A DNA stretch of 36,113 nt from the NCBI GenBank assembly GCA_045595105.1, contig JAZNZV010000114.1, positions 1-36,113 of the forward strand, read 5' to 3'. Below the pieces are notes generated by a model, which saw only the letters and a list, made by a program, of their open reading frames with translations, was not told the origin of the DNA and ran no database searches. The position numbers and the translations under genes were made by a program. How positions within the stretch are numbered: position 1 is the stretch's first letter; each line of letters begins with the position of its first letter. Positions 23,166-33,034 of this stretch are shown here, piece after piece. Source of the stretch: Eubacteriales bacterium (GTDB lineage Bacteria > Bacillota > Clostridia > Oscillospirales > SIG627).

Positions 23166-26100
23166 ATGGAAAAAAGCAAGATAAAAGAATTACTTATAAA
23201 AATGAGAGAGGATAAGTCTTACCTCTCCCACAAAACGCTCTCTTATAAAAAAGCCTATGGCACTCTTTCGTCCTACGTAAAAAAGGAAGAAGGAAGGAAG
23301 AGCGAGAGCGGAAAGTGGATATACGAAAACTTCTATCTCATAGACGAGTCCTTCAACGACGCACGTGGAAAGAGCACGACCAAAAGAATGAGATGCTACG
23401 CCGAGACTATGGTGAGGGTCATGGCAGACTCGGACGTTTACGACTCTGTTTCGGCTTTTTTTGAAACCGTTTCGGAGACGGTGGAGGACGAAGAGCTTGA
23501 CAGCATAAGAGAAGCACTCTTTGCCGAAGGTATAATTTTTATTGCAAATGCTCTCGAGAGGGGGGAGGAGGTCAGCGTTGGAATTAACCTTATAAGAAAG
23601 CTGAGAGCCTTTGATTTCAGCCCATTCTTTCTCGGCTACTTTTCCTACGAGCAGTATCTCAGACGTGACCCTGCAGGCATCTACCCAAGGCTTGACAGGG
23701 AAAGCAAAGCCTTATATAAAAGGAAAATCAAGGAATATGCCAAAAGGAGAAGGGTCAGCTTTACCTCAGCGGTAAAAAGTCTTGTCCTTGAAGCCGAGGA
23801 AAAAAAGTGCCACATCGGTGAGCTTTTGCCCTTCAGAAAAAACAAAAAAGGCTGGCTTGCCGTGTACTTTGTCATTCTCGCTCTTCTTCTCTTTATATCC
23901 TTCAAGGTAATTTTTTCGGTCATCTCGGGAGTGCTCGGCACACTTCTTTTCATACTGTCGGTGCTCCCCTTGAAGGAATGCGCCTTCTCTCTTTTTCTGC
24001 CCATTGTAGCGTCCTTCGAGCGAAGCGAAATATTACCGAGACTTGAAATGACCAGCGTTCCAAGGCAGTACGCCACCCTCACCGTCATCACCTCTCTTCT
24101 CACCTCTGCCGAGGAGGTGAAAGAGACCTTCAACCGCCTTGAAAATATAAGCCTTAAAACCCTCAGCCGAGGTAAAGCCGACGAAAACCTATACTATGGC
24201 GTACTCTTCGACCTGCCCGAATCAAAGGATAAGAAAACACGCTTTGACGAAAAGATTATAAGACGTGCAAAAAACGAGGTGGACAGACTCAACAAAGCTT
24301 ACGGCTCCCGCTTTGTCCTTTTTACAAGAGAGAGGGTAAAGGACGAAAAAAGCGGAAAATTCATTGCCCACGAACGGAAAAGAGGGGCTATAAACGAGCT
24401 TGTGAAGAGCCTGTCGTCGATGGAGTCAGCCCTTGACTCTTACGGCGTGACTCTGCCCCACATAAAGTACGTGCTCACCCTTGACAGCGACACAGATATA
24501 GAGCTTGGCGCTTTAAATAAAATGATAGGCACTATGGCACACCCCTTGAACGCTCCCCTTATTGGACAGCGAAGGGGGGTCAGGGTGGTGACAAAGGGGT
24601 ACGGTGTCCTTGCACCAACCGTCGCCACCTCCCTTGAATCGGCTCACGCTACGGGATTTTCTTCCATTACGTCGGGTGCGGGAGGTGTTGACGCCTACCA
24701 CGGAGCAGTGTTCAACCTTGGTCATATACTGTCGGGAAAGGGTATCTTTTGCGGTAAGGGAATGTTCGACGTTGAAGCGTACAGAGAAACACTCCTTGAC
24801 GCCTTCCCCGACGGCATTATTCTCAGCCACGATATTCTTGAGGGCACAAGGCTGAGAGCAGGACACCTGTCGGACATTACCTTCTTCGACTCGGTTCCCG
24901 CAACCACCCGCTCCTACTATAACCGTGCTCACCGCTGGGCAAGAGGTGATATACAAAGTCTGAGATTTGTCACCCCCCTTGTACCCACCCCTCACGGCAA
25001 GGTGAAAAACCCCATGACGTGGGGAGAACGTAGCGTCTTTATAAATAACGCCTTGAATTTGCTGTTACCCCTTTTTCAGGTGCTGGGGCTTTTCTTTGTC
25101 ATGTGGTTTGAGCTTGAAAGGGTAACTCTCATATCTTTTATTCTTCTGTCACCTAATATAATCTCACTTGCCATAGAGCTTACAAGAGCGTTGTTCAGAG
25201 GAACGCTGAAAACCATTTTCAGAAGATTTTTCGGGGATAGCATAACGGCACTTACAAGAGAGGTAATAATGGCGGGATACAGACTGTCCTCTCTTGCATT
25301 TCTCGCCTATAAAAACTCGGACGCAGTCCTTCGTTCCTTGTGGCGAATGCTCATCTCACGTCAAAAGCTTTTGGAATGGACCACGGCAGGGGTAGATGCA
25401 AGAAGGAAAAACTCATTTCTTTCGGTCTTTCTATATACCCTTCCCTCCTTTCTCACAGGTGCCTTCATGCTCACCTTTGCAAGGCTTTCCCTCTGCCGTC
25501 TCATGGGCATTCTCTGGTGTCTCTTTCCCGTCATGTCCTATTTTCTTTCCCTTGAAAACAAAGCTCACGTCACCTCTCACCGTTACCGCCGTCTTTTTGA
25601 GAAATACGCTTCGGATATATGGCGCTACTTTGATAAGTACGTGGATGCCTCTACCAATTATCTGCCCCCCGATAACGTGTCGGTCTTTCCCTCGGGAGAG
25701 GTAGCCACACGCACCTCACCTACAAATATAGGACTTTATCTTGTCAGCGTGCTCTCTGCCCTCGACTTCTCGCTCATCAGCCTTTCCTCTGCCGTAGAAA
25801 GGCTCGAAAGGGCTGTAAGCACAATCGAAAAGCTCCCCAAATTCAAGGGTCAGCTTTATAATTGGTATAGCATTGTAACTCTCGAGGTCATTGGAAACGA
25901 GTATATTTCCACCGTTGACTGCGGAAACTTCATTGCTTGCCTTGTTGCCCTCTATGAAGGACTTTCCGACTACGAGGGAGAGGACAAAAGAATAACCCCT
26001 CTTCGTCAGCGCATCAAAAAAATAGAAGAGGAGTCGGATTTTAGATTTCTATATAACTCAAAGCGTGACCTGTTTGCCTTGGGCTTCTTCGGAGACAAAA

Positions 26101-29100
26101 ACGATCAGGACGGCGTGGTTTACGATATGTATATGAGCGAGGCGAGAACCACCGACTACTATGCCATCGCAAGGGGAATTGTAAAGAGCAGTCATTGGTC
26201 GGCTCTCTCCCGTCCTCTCACTTCAACCAAATACGCTGTGGGCGCACTGTCCTGGAGCGGTACAGCCTTTGAGTTTTTCATGCCACACCTGTTTTTACCC
26301 GTCTATAAGAACAGCTTTTCTCACGAGGCTCTTTCCTACGCCTTTTCCGAGCAGTACAAATTCGGGGTAAGCGTGGGAAGAGAGAGGATATTCGGCATTT
26401 CGGAAAGCGGTTATTTTGCCTTTGACGAAGCACTTAACTATCAGTACCGAGCCTTTGGCGTGCCCACTCTTTCAAGGAGCCGTGACAGCGAGGGGGAAAG
26501 GGTCATATCCCCCTATTCCACCTTCCTCATGCTAAGGGAGAACGTTCCCCTCTGCCTTAAAAACCTGAGAGCTCTTGAAAGACTTGGAATGTATGGGGAA
26601 TGTGGCTTCTACGAAGCCATTGACCTGAGTGAAAAGAGGGTGGGTAAGACTCCATCCACAGTAAAAAGCTTCATGTGTCATCACCTTGGCATGAGCATGG
26701 TCGCCCTTGCCAACGCTTCCTTCGGTGACATATTCGTCAAGCGTTTCATGTCCGACCGTGAAATGAGGGCAGTAAGAGAGCTGCTCAAGGAAGCGGTGCC
26801 TACCGACGCCATAAGCTTCAGAAAACGCAAAAAAGCGGTAAAGCTTATCCGTGAGCCTGCACTTTTAAGAGAAAGAAGAGGGGAGGAGGGCGTTTTCCGC
26901 ACAGCTCCCTCGGTTGGAATTCTGTCTGGCAGAGAGCACACCGTGACCCTCTTTGAAAGGGGAATAGTCTCTGAGGAGATAAAGCTTTCTTCAAGAGAAC
27001 ACGTTTCGGTAGTGAAGCCTGTTTCGGCTTTCAATCCGTCGGGCATTTTCGCCTTTGCAACAGAGGGAGATAACCTTTATTCACCCTCGGTTTCTGAGGA
27101 CGTAAGCTTTTCGTTTGACCCCGTTATTGCCGAATATAAGACGGGCATGCTGAGGGTCAGCATAAGCCTTTCGGCAAAAACCTGCGCTACAAGAATAAGA
27201 CTTCAGATGACGGGAAGAGAGGGGGAGGTAGGCATTTACCTTGAGCCCGTCCTCAACACTATGAACGCCTACCTTTCCCACCCTTCTTATAACGATTTGT
27301 TTTTTAAAGCCTCTTACGAGAATGACGTTATTGTTTTGTCAAGAGGGGAGGAGGCTCACCTTGCCCTTGCCTGCACCTCTCCCTTCTTTTTTGAGGTGTC
27401 AAGACTCAGGCTCTTTAAGGGAGAGGAGTTTAACGTCTCATCCCTTGCCGAAGCCGTAAAAAAGCCCCTTTCGGGAAGCCTTTCCACCTCCACGCCTGTC
27501 AGCCCTTGCCTTTTGGCAAAGGTGCCCTATACCTCAAAGACAGATACCACTTTCGTCATCGGTTACGGCAAGAGCCGTGCCGAGGCAATATGGTCTGCAA
27601 AGGATGAGAGGGCGAGCACTCTTTATAAAAGCCTTGAGAAAAGCCGAGAGCTTTACAGAGGTGCAATCAGCGCAGGGGGTATAAACGAAAAAATAAACCG
27701 TGAGCTATATGAAAACATGCTCTCGGTATTCCGACCCGAATATCGATGGGAAGGTGAGAAGAGGGGAAGAGAGCTTTTCGGAAAAGAGTCGCTCTACTCC
27801 TTTGGCATATCGGGAGACCTGCCCGTTTTTCTTGTAAAGGCAGGAGTCAAAGGCGAGGTACTAAAAAGAATTTTAAGCTATAAAAAGCTACACTTCGTCT
27901 TAGGTGCAAGGTACGATTTAGTCCTTGAGGTGGCGGACCTGGGCTATTCACGAGGCGGTCGTCACGAGGTAGAGCGTGTGATAGACTCGGTGGGGTGCAG
28001 ATTTCTATTGAGCAAAAAGGGGGGAATTTTCTTTGCCGATATAAGCCGTAGCGGTGTGAGTGAGATATTCGATGCCCTTGCTGTGGCGACCTATCCTCCA
28101 AGAGAAAAAAGGCTGTCCTTTTATAAGCCTTGTCGCTACGTCAAGCGCTGTGGACTTGTGGAGAGCTTACCGCACTTTGAGGATGAGGGCTACACCGTAA
28201 AGCCCTGTGAATTGCCCCCGAGCGTGCTTTATTCCCACGTTATTGCAGCCCCCACCTTCGGAACCATGCCAAATCACCGAAGCCTTGGCTTTACGTGGGT
28301 GTATAACTCGAGGCTTTCAAGACTCACCTACTTTGAAAACGATCCTGTCGGAGGGGGAAGCGCAGAGAAGATTATCCTTTCCGACTCGGCTCTTCACCGT
28401 GACCTTTGCCTTTCATCCTCTGCCGTTCATTTCTCTGCAGGACGTGCAGAGTACGTGGGAGATAACTTTGATATTAAGCTTGCCATTCACCCGAGACTCC
28501 TTTTCAAGGCAGTATCCGTGCGTGTGGAGAAAGATGTTTTCTCACTTTTGTATAAGATAATCCCCCTCCTTGACGACTTTCCTAAGGCATCTACGGTAAT
28601 CGAGTATTCCCTGGACGGTAAGAACGTTTGTCTGTTCAGAAATTTGTTTTCGGACAGCCTGAAGGGTAGCGGATATATTTATACCCCCTTTGAAAACGAA
28701 ATGGAAATATCCGACAGCGGTGTCAGAGTGAACTGCACAAAGCCGGGAGAGGTGGTCTTCGTTTTGGGCTATTCAGGAAGCAGGAGACATCTTGATGAAG
28801 TAAAGAATTACTTTTCAACCCATACCTTTTCACACCTTTGGGAGGAGTCCCACGCCTTTTTTGAGGAGAAAATAAAAAAAGCCTCCTTCAAGAACAGCCT
28901 CGGTGTGAAGCTGTCTGAATTCTGGCTTCCTTATCAGGTACTCACCTCTCGCTTTTACGCTCGCTCGGGTCCCTATCAGTCGGGTGGCGCATGGGGGTAC
29001 AGAGATCAGGCGCAGGACTGCCTCACCGTCATCGATATGGATACCACCGCCGTGAGAAACCATATATTCCGCATGGCATTTCATCAGTTTTTAGAGGGCG

Positions 29101-30140
29101 ACGTGGAGCATTGGTGGCACTACGGCAGAGGAATAAGAACAAGGTGCTCCGACGACTATTTGTGGTTGGTGTGGCTTACCTGCCTTTATATAAAAAGGAC
29201 GAAGGACAAAAGTATACTCGGTGTTAAGATAAGCTATCTTGACGATAAGCCTCTGTCACCAAAAGAAAAGGACAGATATAAAGCTCATAACAGAAGTGAA
29301 ATAAAAGAGAGCCTTAAAGACCATTTGACAAGAGCACTCGACCTGCTTTTGTCACGAGGACTTGGAGAACACTCCTTGCCCTTTATAGGTGATGGAGATT
29401 GGAACGACGGGCTGAGCTCACTTCCCGAGGGAAGCGAAAGCGTTTGGCTTGGCTTTTTCGTGAGAATTGTAATTGGCGAGTACCTTGAAGTTATCGGTGA
29501 CTCTGAGAGGCTGCGGGCATATTCCGAAAGAGTGAGGACAGGAATAGAGGATAACGCCTTTTTCTCCGATAGATATGCCCGAGCATTTCTTCCCGACGGC
29601 AGAGTCCTTGGGGTGGAGGAATGCACCTCCATGAAAATAGATGCCCTTTCTCAAGCCTTTGCTTCTATTTCCCACAGCATTTTAGGTGACGGAAACGAAA
29701 AAAGGATAGCCCTTGCCCTTGACAGCGCATGGCGTGAGCTTTACGACGGAAATAATGGAATATTTAAGCTCTTTACCCCTCCCTTTAAGGCATATGACCC
29801 TCACATCGGCTATCTGACCTCCTACCCCGAGGGTATGCGAGAAAACGGGGGACAGTATACCCACGGCGCCGTCTGGTCTGCCATAGGCTTTCTCGTTGCC
29901 CCCGAGAAAAAGGAAGAGAATAAAAAAAGAGCCGTAACGCTGGCAAAGCTTCTTGACCCAATGAAAAAAGGAGAAGAATATAACACAGAGCCCTACGTTA
30001 TGTCGGGAGACGTTTATTCAAACCCCGATAACGTGGGACGTGGCGGTTGGAGCTGGTATACGGGGTCTGCAAGCTGGTACAGAAAACTTCTTACACTTAT
30101 TGACAACGAAAAAAGGAATAATTGTGACCCATTTTCATAA
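23166..30140 (+). CDS. cgs: Cyclic beta-1,2-glucan synthase-like multidomain protein (GT84-like glycosyltransferase + central alpha/alpha-barrel domain + C-terminal GH94 phosphorylase-like domain)
   Basis: 2324 aa from the ATG at 23166 (SD AAAGGTG). Several TM helices are present. GT motifs are LTLDSDTD, SHDILEGTR and NRAHRWARGDIQ. The central motif is YLPPDNVSVFPSGEVATRTSPTNIGLYL. GH94-type motifs are GGAWGYRDQAQD, IGDGDWNDG, ENGGQYTHGAVW and GGWSWYTGSASW. The track's 54-codon N-terminal extension (from 23004) covers the operator region and is rejected. Confidence 0.88.
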   Translation: MEKSKIKELLIKMREDKSYLSHKTLSYKKAYGTLSSYVKKEEGRKSESGKWIYENFYLIDESFNDARGKSTTKRMRCYAETMVRVMADSDVYDSVSAFFETVSETVEDEELDSIREALFAEGIIFIANALERGEEVSVGINLIRKLRAFDFSPFFLGYFSYEQYLRRDPAGIYPRLDRESKALYKRKIKEYAKRRRVSFTSAVKSLVLEAEEKKCHIGELLPFRKNKKGWLAVYFVILALLLFISFKVIFSVISGVLGTLLFILSVLPLKECAFSLFLPIVASFERSEILPRLEMTSVPRQYATLTVITSLLTSAEEVKETFNRLENISLKTLSRGKADENLYYGVLFDLPESKDKKTRFDEKIIRRAKNEVDRLNKAYGSRFVLFTRERVKDEKSGKFIAHERKRGAINELVKSLSSMESALDSYGVTLPHIKYVLTLDSDTDIELGALNKMIGTMAHPLNAPLIGQRRGVRVVTKGYGVLAPTVATSLESAHATGFSSITSGAGGVDAYHGAVFNLGHILSGKGIFCGKGMFDVEAYRETLLDAFPDGIILSHDILEGTRLRAGHLSDITFFDSVPATTRSYYNRAHRWARGDIQSLRFVTPLVPTPHGKVKNPMTWGERSVFINNALNLLLPLFQVLGLFFVMWFELERVTLISFILLSPNIISLAIELTRALFRGTLKTIFRRFFGDSITALTREVIMAGYRLSSLAFLAYKNSDAVLRSLWRMLISRQKLLEWTTAGVDARRKNSFLSVFLYTLPSFLTGAFMLTFARLSLCRLMGILWCLFPVMSYFLSLENKAHVTSHRYRRLFEKYASDIWRYFDKYVDASTNYLPPDNVSVFPSGEVATRTSPTNIGLYLVSVLSALDFSLISLSSAVERLERAVSTIEKLPKFKGQLYNWYSIVTLEVIGNEYISTVDCGNFIACLVALYEGLSDYEGEDKRITPLRQRIKKIEEESDFRFLYNSKRDLFALGFFGDKNDQDGVVYDMYMSEARTTDYYAIARGIVKSSHWSALSRPLTSTKYAVGALSWSGTAFEFFMPHLFLPVYKNSFSHEALSYAFSEQYKFGVSVGRERIFGISESGYFAFDEALNYQYRAFGVPTLSRSRDSEGERVISPYSTFLMLRENVPLCLKNLRALERLGMYGECGFYEAIDLSEKRVGKTPSTVKSFMCHHLGMSMVALANASFGDIFVKRFMSDREMRAVRELLKEAVPTDAISFRKRKKAVKLIREPALLRERRGEEGVFRTAPSVGILSGREHTVTLFERGIVSEEIKLSSREHVSVVKPVSAFNPSGIFAFATEGDNLYSPSVSEDVSFSFDPVIAEYKTGMLRVSISLSAKTCATRIRLQMTGREGEVGIYLEPVLNTMNAYLSHPSYNDLFFKASYENDVIVLSRGEEAHLALACTSPFFFEVSRLRLFKGEEFNVSSLAEAVKKPLSGSLSTSTPVSPCLLAKVPYTSKTDTTFVIGYGKSRAEAIWSAKDERASTLYKSLEKSRELYRGAISAGGINEKINRELYENMLSVFRPEYRWEGEKRGRELFGKESLYSFGISGDLPVFLVKAGVKGEVLKRILSYKKLHFVLGARYDLVLEVADLGYSRGGRHEVERVIDSVGCRFLLSKKGGIFFADISRSGVSEIFDALAVATYPPREKRLSFYKPCRYVKRCGLVESLPHFEDEGYTVKPCELPPSVLYSHVIAAPTFGTMPNHRSLGFTWVYNSRLSRLTYFENDPVGGGSAEKIILSDSALHRDLCLSSSAVHFSAGRAEYVGDNFDIKLAIHPRLLFKAVSVRVEKDVFSLLYKIIPLLDDFPKASTVIEYSLDGKNVCLFRNLFSDSLKGSGYIYTPFENEMEISDSGVRVNCTKPGEVVFVLGYSGSRRHLDEVKNYFSTHTFSHLWEESHAFFEEKIKKASFKNSLGVKLSEFWLPYQVLTSRFYARSGPYQSGGAWGYRDQAQDCLTVIDMDTTAVRNHIFRMAFHQFLEGDVEHWWHYGRGIRTRCSDDYLWLVWLTCLYIKRTKDKSILGVKISYLDDKPLSPKEKDRYKAHNRSEIKESLKDHLTRALDLLLSRGLGEHSLPFIGDGDWNDGLSSLPEGSESVWLGFFVRIVIGEYLEVIGDSERLRAYSERVRTGIEDNAFFSDRYARAFLPDGRVLGVEECTSMKIDALSQAFASISHSILGDGNEKRIALALDSAWRELYDGNNGIFKLFTPPFKAYDPHIGYLTSYPEGMRENGGQYTHGAVWSAIGFLVAPEKKEENKKRAVTLAKLLDPMKKGEEYNTEPYVMSGDVYSNPDNVGRGGWSWYTGSASWYRKLLTLIDNEKRNNCDPFS

Positions 30141-30172
30141 AATGTAGCAAAAAGATATAAAGGAGCTACAAT

Positions 30173-31720
30173 ATGAACAATTTGCGGATAAACAAAAACC
30201 TTTCGGATATCAGTCACAGCGTGAGGAAAATAAGGGTAGAGGAAGAGGGGCTTTTCCCCGATTACTGCTCGGATATAGTCAGAATTATAACGGTCAACGC
30301 AACCCCCACCCTCAATGACAGAAAGCTTCGTGCCGAGGAAGACAGCATGAGTATCGAAGCCTCGGGCAAGGTGGATTTTACAGTTATTTATTCGGGTGAG
30401 GACGGAAGGTGCGAGTCTCACAGCTTTTCTTGTAATTTCGCCGAAAATATGAAAAATTCCCTACCTAAGGATACCGACCCTGATAGTATATCTCTCCACG
30501 TGATACCGTCGGTGGAAAACCTTTCCTGCAAGGTGCAAAGCCCGAGAAAGGTAAGCGTGAGATGTGATATCGTGCTTGACGTTGTAACCCGTGGAAACAC
30601 TTTTTTTGAATGTGTGGATACCGACAGCACCGACCAGAGCAAAACCGAGATTCTGAAAAAAGAAGTAACCTTGTGCACCCTTACCTCGTCGGCGTCAGAC
30701 ACCTTTGATTTTTCGGAGGAAATAAAGCTTCCCTCGTCCCTTCCCCCTATGGAGCGCATCTTGTCCTGCGTTCCCGATATAAGTCTTGAAAATACCTCTG
30801 TGGGAACTAACTCAGTAAACTTTTGGGGAACGCTGGGAATTTACTGCGTGTATCTTCCCGAAAGCGAGGGGGAGAGGGACCTTCCTCTTCAAAGCTTTTA
30901 TCAGCCCGTGGAAATATCCGAAAGAATGGAGTGTGAAGACGCCGACGGCAATTCTGTGGCAATGGGAGAGCTTATCCCCTCGGCTCTTACCTTTGAGATA
31001 ATACCCGATAATTTAGGTGACAACCGCATATTGAAGGTAAACGGAAGCTACACCGCAACCTTTGACGTTATGGAAAACGTTGATACAGTGTTAGCAGAGG
31101 ACATTTACGGAGTGGGATACGTAGCAGAGCTGACAGATGACAAACGATGCCTTTTGAAGTATGAGGGCACCTTGAAGGAAAATACCGCCCTTCGTGAAAG
31201 CATATCTCTTAAAGACGATATAACGAAACTGGAGGGCTGTCGAGGAGAGGTAAAGCTTGAAAGGTGGGGCTGTGACAACGGCAAGATGTACGCCGATTAT
31301 AAAATGGATATAACCGCTATTGGTTGTACTCCCGATGGTGAGAGGGGAGTGAGAGAGAGTATCAGCCTCCATATTCCCTTCAATATTCCCACCGACCTTT
31401 CAACCTCCGATAAAGCCCTTCTGCCCGTAATCTCCACTTCCTTAGGATACATCGACAGCAAGACTCAGGGCGGTAAGGCTGAGCTATCCTTTAACGTTGT
31501 GACCACAGCACATATCTTCAGCGAAGGTGAAGAGAGCTTTATCTCGTCTGTATCCCTTAGCGAAAAGGAAAAGAGCGATGACTTTGAGGTCTTCTACTAT
31601 CCGTCCACCGAGGATAGTCTATGGAGCGTGGGAAAACGCTACGGAGTCGCCCTGTCAGCCCTTGCCGAGGCAAATTCTATTACCGACGATAACCTGAAGA
31701 GAGTAGTGAAAATTCCTTAA
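30173..31720 (+). CDS. DUF3794 (SPOCS/SpoVID-N-like) repeat protein with a C-terminal LysM domain
   Basis: 515 aa. The N-terminus VEEEGLFPDYCSDIVRIITVNATPTLNDRKLRAEEDSMSIEASGKVDFTVIY fits the DUF3794 pattern. The C-terminus FYYPSTEDSLWSVGKRYGVALSALAEANSI is LysM. SD AAAGGAG. It starts 33 nt after the cgs stop, with no terminator between. Confidence 0.75.
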   Translation: MNNLRINKNLSDISHSVRKIRVEEEGLFPDYCSDIVRIITVNATPTLNDRKLRAEEDSMSIEASGKVDFTVIYSGEDGRCESHSFSCNFAENMKNSLPKDTDPDSISLHVIPSVENLSCKVQSPRKVSVRCDIVLDVVTRGNTFFECVDTDSTDQSKTEILKKEVTLCTLTSSASDTFDFSEEIKLPSSLPPMERILSCVPDISLENTSVGTNSVNFWGTLGIYCVYLPESEGERDLPLQSFYQPVEISERMECEDADGNSVAMGELIPSALTFEIIPDNLGDNRILKVNGSYTATFDVMENVDTVLAEDIYGVGYVAELTDDKRCLLKYEGTLKENTALRESISLKDDITKLEGCRGEVKLERWGCDNGKMYADYKMDITAIGCTPDGERGVRESISLHIPFNIPTDLSTSDKALLPVISTSLGYIDSKTQGGKAELSFNVVTTAHIFSEGEESFISSVSLSEKEKSDDFEVFYYPSTEDSLWSVGKRYGVALSALAEANSITDDNLKRVVKIP

Positions 31721-31730
31721 TTCAGCATAA

Positions 31731-31758
31731 AAAGAAGCACCCAGAAGGGTGCTTCTTT
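31731..31758. terminator. Bidirectional intrinsic terminator
   Basis: AAAGAAGCACCC-AGAA-GGGTGCTTCTTT (12-bp stem) is flanked by A- and T-runs. It abuts the stop codon of the aminotransferase gene. Confidence 0.85.
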
Positions 31759-33033
31759 TTATATATTCAATAATTTTTCAAGTGTTGCAAGCTTTACAGC
31801 AAGGCAGAATACCTCAACTGCTTCGCTGAGCTCTGCTACTGTGGGGAAGGTGGGTGCAATTCTTATGTTCCTGTCACGAGGGTCCTTTCCGTAGGGGAAG
31901 GTAGCGCCTGCTCCCGTGAGAACAACGCCTGCCTCGGCACACAGCTCAACAGTACGCTTTGCACAGCCGTCAAGAAGGTTTACACTGACGAAGTAGCCAC
32001 CCTTGGGATTTGTCCATTCTGCTATCTTGTTTTCGCCAAACTCCCTTTCAAGAGCCGAAATAACGGTCTCGAACTTGGGTCTTATGAGCTCTGCATGCTT
32101 TTTCATATGCGCCTTGATGCCATCGGCATTCTTGAAGAACTTAACGTGGCGAAGCTGATTGAGCTTGTCATAGCCGATAGTCTGAGCTCCCGAGCGGTCA
32201 ACTATTCTTCTGATGTTATTCTTACTTGCAATGATAAATGCAACGCCTGCACCGGGATAAGTAATCTTTGAGGTTGAACCGAAAATGTATGGAAGTGAGG
32301 GATTTCCCGCCTTCTTACACTCCTCGAAGAGGTTCAAAAGCTTGTCACCGTCATCGTAAAGGTCGTGAATGCAGTATGCGTTGTCCCAGAAAATTCTGAA
32401 GTCGCCGGCCTTAGGCTTGAGGTTTGCGAAGCGTCTTACAGTCTCGTCGGAATAGGTAACTCCGCCGGGATTGGAGTATTTGGGAACGCACCATATACCC
32501 TTAATTGTCTCATCCTCTGACACAAGCCTCTCAACTGTATCCATGTCGGGACCGTCGGGTGTCATATCGATGTTTATCATTTCAATGCCCATTCTCTCAC
32601 AGATTCTGAAATGTCTGTCATAGCCGGGAACAGGGCAAAGGAACTTAACCTTTTCAAGCTTAGACCAAGGAGGACATGAGGAGTTAACACCAAGCACGAA
32701 TGAACGGATAATAGCATCGTACATGATGTTCAGCGAGCTGTTTCCGAGAATCATTATTTCGTCCTTCTCGGCACCGAGAAGATCACAGAATATCTCCTTA
32801 GCTTCGGGAATACCGTCGAAAATACCGTAGTTACGGTAGTCGATAGTGTGATTTACGCAGTCCTCGTGAGTGAGAATGTTCAGCATTCCGTCGGAAAGGT
32901 TCAGCTGGTCGGCGGCAGGCTTACCTCTTGACATGTCAAGCTTTAAGTCCTTTTCTCTTATTCTCTCATATTCTTTTCTCTTTTCTCTTAGCTCTTCTCT
33001 CAGAGCATCTTTATCAAGCTGTAAATATTCCAT
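31759..33033 (-). CDS. PLP-dependent aminotransferase (class I/II fold, aspartate-aminotransferase-like PF12897-type)
   Basis: The N-terminus LDMSRGKPAADQLNLSDGMLN is typical of this family. STSKITYPGAGVAF carries the candidate Lys region. The ATG at 33033 is preferred (SD GTGAGGT) over the track's GTG at 33045. Confidence 0.8.
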   Translation of the reverse strand: MEYLQLDKDALREELREKRKEYERIREKDLKLDMSRGKPAADQLNLSDGMLNILTHEDCVNHTIDYRNYGIFDGIPEAKEIFCDLLGAEKDEIMILGNSSLNIMYDAIIRSFVLGVNSSCPPWSKLEKVKFLCPVPGYDRHFRICERMGIEMINIDMTPDGPDMDTVERLVSEDETIKGIWCVPKYSNPGGVTYSDETVRRFANLKPKAGDFRIFWDNAYCIHDLYDDGDKLLNLFEECKKAGNPSLPYIFGSTSKITYPGAGVAFIIASKNNIRRIVDRSGAQTIGYDKLNQLRHVKFFKNADGIKAHMKKHAELIRPKFETVISALEREFGENKIAEWTNPKGGYFVSVNLLDGCAKRTVELCAEAGVVLTGAGATFPYGKDPRDRNIRIAPTFPTVAELSEAVEVFCLAVKLATLEKLLNI

Positions 33034-33034
33034 C

